From the NCBI RefSeq assembly GCF_009914755.1, contig NC_060926.1: a stretch of DNA of 64,000 nucleotides; one strand, written 5' to 3'. The notes below the pieces were generated by a model. It was not told the origin of the DNA and made no database searches. It saw only the letters and a list, made by a program, of their open reading frames with translations. The position numbers and the translations under genes are program-made. This DNA comes from the human T2T-CHM13v2.0 reference genome, Homo sapiens. Below are positions 58,139-64,000 of this stretch, piece by piece; position 1 is the stretch's first letter, and every line of letters begins with the position of its first letter.

Positions 58139-58385
58139 CAGTTGACCCTTGAGCAATACAAGTTGGAATTGTGCAGGTCCACTTAAATACAAATCTTTTT
58201 CAACCAAATTCTGTTGGAAAATACAATATTCACAGGATATAAAATCTGAGTGTATGGAGGGACCACTTCTCGTATACCTGGGTTCCACGGGACCAACAGT
58301 GAAACTTGAATATGCACTGATTTGGGTACGATGATGAAGAAAGAGGTCCTAGAACTAATCCCCCCAAAATTCTGAGGGACTATTA
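58139..58385 (+). mobile_element. MER8-like Tigger MITE
   Basis: ta|cagttgacccttga...ggtcctagaactaatccccc...gagggac; about 245 bp. Confidence 0.75.
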
Positions 58386-60582
58386 TAATTCAGTTTGACA
58401 TAAATGGTATAGTTTGGGTCATACTGTTGACTTCAAGTATTTCTATTTTTATATTATACTTCCTTTCATAATGGGAAATCAGATGAATTCTTTGAAAATA
58501 TGACTCAATTCCAAAGAAAATCCAAGTTAAAATTTTTTTCCACAATTTGTTGACTAATTGGAGCAGCAAAATAATTTTGAGTAGTCGAGGCAAACAGATA
58601 TCTATGTGCTTTGAGTGTTGGCAATATGTATCAATTAACAATATTATCAACTCTAATCTCACTTTGAAGTCAAAGAGTAATCAAATTAAAATCTTTGGCA
58701 CAAGTTAAGAACATAGATCTCTTTTACCATGGATACTTGCTTAAACTCTTTGAGTCATGAATAATTTATCTGTATAATGGGAACAATAAGATATTTCACC
58801 TATCTCCTTTTATTTTTGAGACTTGTAAGCTCTGTGAAGGAACACTGTATGCCTTCTTCATTGTTGATTGTCAAGCTCCCATGCCTCCTGGCACACAGTA
58901 GGAATGAATCAAGTGAATATAAAAAAGTATTACCAAATGAAATAAGAATGTGAAATTGTTCTGTAAACCTTAGAAGTATGATACAAGCATTAGTGCTATT
59001 GTTTTTGTTTCACCTATTCTGTTATTAGCCTCCAACTTTTTAAGATGTACTAAAAAGACAATAATCTTTCTTCAACAAAATTTAAAACTACCATCTCTGA
59101 AGATGCATTTATGTGTTAAAAGTATTTTTATGCAAATGCTTAAGAAATAATGAGGAGTTCTTTAAAAATTGAATCTGCTGCCTTTCTAAATATCTTTCTT
59201 GTTTAAAACACAAAATACATATGCCAAAATGAATCAATAACTTCCTTGTCTGGTACAGAATGTTAAGGCTTGAATTTGAACAAAGAAGCTGAACTTAGCT
59301 TTGGATATCTATTATAAAAGATATCCAAATGAAGAACGCATTGACACAATCGTTAATTAGTATTCATTATACTACTCCTCAAATAGAACGATATCAGGTC
59401 TCCTATATATCAGTGATTATTTCTCTTAGCTTATCCAAGTTTTTCCTTTTCTACTGCACATAACTGTTACACATTTGAATCTGTAACCAGGTTTTATGAC
59501 TTAATATATGCTCTGACTGTAACACCTATATTTTCTGACTAAATGCCTCCTGTATTTCAATGGACATCTCCTGTAGCCCCTATTAAAAGTCCCTCTCCCT
59601 ATATCCATTCTTCTCAGAAACAGGCTCATTTCTTCTCAAGGCTAGATTTGGCGAACTCTAGGTAAATGCCAAAACAAAACAAAACAAAACGTAAAACATC
59701 TTTCTCTCTCTCCTTCCCTCATTCTCTTTCCATGCTATACTTTTCCTAACCAGAGTAAAGTTCCTTGGGAGAAGTGCTTATTTTCTTCACCTTGCCACAT
59801 CAGCAAAAGCAAAGTGATGCATCACAAATGGTATTACAGATTCCTATGATTCTGAGTCTTCAATGCACATTCATGATTGAGACACTGCTTTCTCTTGGAA
59901 ATTATGGTGATTCTCTGACATAACACTGGTACAGTGACCTTTGAGGATTCTCTGTCAACAGTCATTGATGAAAGATAACAATAACATTTCAGTTCCTTAA
60001 AAGTGGTATTTCTCTTCATGTCTTAATCCAAGGCCGATACTGTACCATCTACTTGGAATCTCTTACTCATCCCTTCTCCTCCCTTTGCCTAATGAACACT
60101 GTTCACTCAGCAAATGACAGTCCAAATGATGTTCCCCTATGGAGGCCTTTGCTGGCCTCCCTCACTAGGTCAGGGTTTCCCATTATGTGACATCACAGCA
60201 TCCTAATTCTTCTTCTATGACACTTAGGATGGTTTTAAAATTACAACACCTTGGGGATTCTTTTAATAATGGCTGCCTCCCACAACCACATATAATCTTC
60301 ATATGGAAAAAGGCTATATTTTGCTTTCCATCATCCACGTAGGGGAGTGTCTACCACAGAATATATTGTAGTCAGTAAATGCTTTCTCTTCTGTTTATCC
60401 TTACTCACCAAACCAATTCTAGCCTCCTCCCACTCTTATCTACTTAATGTAGAAAAATCAGTGGGGCTAGGCAAGAGATTGTTCTTGATATTTTCTGTTT
60501 CTTTTCAAATTTATTTATTTAAAAAATTGTCATACAAAATTTATATATTTATCACATACACCACAATGTTATGAAGCATATT

Positions 60583-61414
60583 CAGTAACACCTTGCTTAA
60601 CCTCATGGATAAATTACTGGAAACTGCAACTTTCAGCAAAAAGATTTATAACAAAACCATTTTACCACAGGCTAATTGATTAAAAAAAGAGTTAAGTTCC
60701 TGGTCACAAAAACATCACCAAACTTCTGTATAAAGACTCAAAACACTTCTAATATTAAACATTGAATTAAATGTGAAATATATATACATTTAAGAAAGAT
60801 TAATAAAAAGATAATTATTTATCCAATTTTTGGTGAATCAATGAGTGATGGCAGTTGTAGTTGTAGTGGGTTAAATCAAGGAATAAATGTTTGCAATGCA
60901 AAAATTCTAACGAGCACCTTCTAAAACAAACAAGAACAAACATGGTGTGCCCACTGAGTGCTTTCAAACTGCATTCCTTATTGTTGTGCATTTGAAAGAT
61001 TATTGCAAGCTTTATGAATTTTTTATTTTACAATAATTTGTATTTATTTATTCATTCATTCATTTTCCAATCCACTCATTCTAGTTCAGAGTTTGGGATG
61101 GTTCAAGCCTATCCCAGCAGCTCAGGGTGCAAGGTAGAAACCAAGCCTGGACAGGAGGCCATTCCATAGCAGGGCGCAGTCACACACAACCCCCCACACA
61201 CACTCACTCAGACTGGGACAGTTTAGACACAACAATGAACCTAATGTGCACTTGTTTGGAATGTGGGAGGAGATTGGAATACCCAGAGCAAACCCCTGCA
61301 AATATGGGGAAAACATGCAAGCTCCACACAGTGGTCCTGACCAAGAATCATTTTTTTTCCCTCACTAATGTTATAACTAAAAGACTGAGAGAAACATTAT
61401 TCAAGGACCTGTTG
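60583..61414 (-). mobile_element. MER6 (TcMar-Tigger), near full length, inserted into a short L1M tail
   Basis: agcctatcccagcagctcagggtgcaagg...cactcactcagactgggac...aaggacctgttg|ta; L1M tail 60500-60582 resumes at 61415. Confidence 0.8.
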
Positions 61415-61765
61415 TATAGATTGTAAAATGGTCAGATGAGAAGTATATATTTTTTAGATTTTTACTTAAATAAAAAGACAGCAGGTAGTAATTTAAATGT
61501 TTCAGTATGCCTACAATCTTTCAGAAATAACTTCATGAAATTCAACTTTACGAAATGATCTTCAAAATACCCATACAGCACACCTTTCAATAAACGGAGT
61601 TTCATTTGACAGTGTATAAAAGAGTTTTTTTGAAAAACAAAAAAAAAACTTGAAAAAATAGCAATGCATGATGGAATAAGGTATTCTCAACTTTCAACTG
61701 TTATAGAGAATAATAGAAAATTTTAACAAACAGCTACCTAAGAAAAGATATATCTCTCAGGTAGA

Positions 61766-62306
61766 TTTTTAAATATTTTTAAAATTAACAGATAAAATTG
61801 TATGTGTTTAACACATACAACATATTCTTTTGAAGTATATATACATTGCAGAATGACTAAATCTAGCCAATTTACATGTTACCTCACATAGTTATCATTT
61901 TTGTGATGAAAACACTTCACATCCACTGTCTTAGCATTTTTCAAGAACACAATGTATTGTTAACTGCAGTCACCATGTACAATAGATCTCTTGAACTTAC
62001 TTCTCCTATCTAACTGAAATTTGGTAGTCTTTGACCAATATCTCCCAAACTCCACCAACACCACCTCACTCCTACCCCCTAGTAATCACAATTCTACTCT
62101 CTACTTCTGAGATCAACTTTTTTCGAATCAACATATGAGTGAGATCATGTAGTATTCTTCTTTTTGTGCATAGCTATTTCAATTCACATAATGTCCCCCA
62201 GTTTTTCCACATTGTTGCAATTGACAGAATTTCCATCTTTATTATGGCTGGATAGTAGTCTGTTGTGTATATATACCTTTTTAAAAAATATTCATTCATC
62301 CATTGA
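61766..62306 (-). mobile_element. L1MA-type 3' end
   Basis: aatagatctcttgaactta...catatgagtgagatcatg; flanked by caggtaga at 61758 and 62307. Confidence 0.85.
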
Positions 62307-64000
62307 CAGGTAGAAAATTTATGTAAAGCAGTTAACTAGCAAAAGCAGTTAACAATAACATCTTAATGTGCCACAGATATTATGTGAAGAGGTAGAATGA
62401 TAAACCAAAACAAACAGCCAATTCATCAAATCAACAAAACTAGAAAAATCTCTGACATCCTATTATTGATGTGAGTACATTAAAAAATTGTGAGGCAAAG
62501 TGACTGCTACAAAGTTGAAAAAATACTTCACATAACTCATAAATATATAGAAATTCATATTATCGCAGAATAAGCATTAAGATAAAATTAGAATTTGCAA
62601 TTAAGTGTTCTTTTGATAAATGGGAAATTATTTTTAGCTCCTAAGATACAGCCTGGCTTTTTGTAATAATACCATTGCTGCTGCTTCTTCCTCTTCTTCC
62701 TGTTATCATTATTTTACAATATAGACATGTTGATTTTGGCATTTAAGTGTAAATTATTGATGAACAGAACTTATATTTTGTTGAAGGTGCTTTGTAATTT
62801 TTAATATTGTAAACATCATGATCATCAATAAGTACAGGCTTGCAAATTACTTCCCTACATGACTTAACTGAGCTTAATATTTTTTCAACAAGTATATAAA
62901 AAATAATAATCCAGGGAACTATGTGCTAAAGCTACTTAGGTTCAGTGCTTTACATGTTTTGTGTACCTAGGTCTCACATTTAATATCATTTCCTATAATT
63001 TCCTGGATTGAAAATTAATCAGACAGTGTCTTCTCTTTCTACATTCTTCTTCTCAAAATAATAGGACAAAAATGTTTAATCCTTCTTTATGGATTTTAAC
63101 ATGCCATTAGTGCTGGAAAGCATGAAAAATATTACAGGGGAAGGTAACCACAAATGGATAGGAGACTAAAAATTGACATTGTTGTCTTCCAAATGTTCAT
63201 ATAATTTCCATTTTAATGCTTTTGTTTTTTAGATATATTTAAAGGTATGTTCTCTTCTTTACACTGCCCAGAGATCACATTGTCTGAATATTAGCAAGTC
63301 TTATTTCCCTAAGATGGAAAGTGCAACAGAGGGAAGATGACTAAAAATAGCACGTCTCTCAAGATGTTTGCTTTCTACCACCTGACTCTAGGATGCAGTC
63401 TTCATTAGGGTACAAATGTATTATAATGGAATGGTCTGATTTCTGTTTCCATATTTTATGATTCTCATAGTCTACCACTTGTTAAATTTAAAAGTACATT
63501 TTAAACAGATGAAAATAAGTGTTAGTTGCTTGCTGATAAGAAGATTTAATTTCCCATATGTTGCAGCACGCTTAATTCATTTAAGAGGTGATATTCAAAA
63601 ATATTACTTAGTATGTATTAAATTTTTATCTTTAATAACCTAGGAAGTTTGCTAGCCTATTATTTCCTGATACATGAATTTATAAATAATCTGGTTATTT
63701 GAATTTGGAATACAAAGCACCCTACTGTTGAGGAAAGGACCTCGAGGGCATGTATAGACACAACAAAGAGGGAGGTGACCAAAATAAAAGTATGTATTAT
63801 TGATGCACAACCTAAATACATCTTTGAGGCTTTATCCAGTGGAAAAAAAACTCAAATAAATTTTTCTCTTGGATGTTCAAACAGCATGTAATTATGTTGT
63901 ATCATATGAATAACTTTCCATCAAACATTTACTGAACACCAATTTTCTAGGAGTTTTATTTAACAATGAAGCTAAAGCAGTGGTTGTCAATTGGAGAAGA

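Overview
Primate (human-like: AluY, AluS, AluJ, L1PA, THE1/MST) AT-rich genomic DNA lying inside the neurexin-1 gene (NRXN1), which is transcribed on the minus strand. Only one coding exon is present: 182 bp at 12565-12746, encoding the start of the LNS6 domain. It is the first exon shared by alpha- and beta-neurexin-1. The rest is giant intron filled with Alu, L1, L2, MIR, LTR and DNA-transposon fossils plus microsatellites; nearly all other ORFs in the track are repeat-derived or random. I found no new gene system. The most unusual signal is a set of locally templated insertions and fold-back scars: a 51-bp copy from 1.8 kb away flanked by an 11-bp duplication, a 116-bp copy ending in a 26-bp palindrome, and a palindromic 27-bp minisatellite built from inverted copies of its own L1 flanks. 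Several cruciform-prone AT tracts accompany them. Repeat subfamily names come from recalled consensus sequences, and boundaries of old repeats are approximate.
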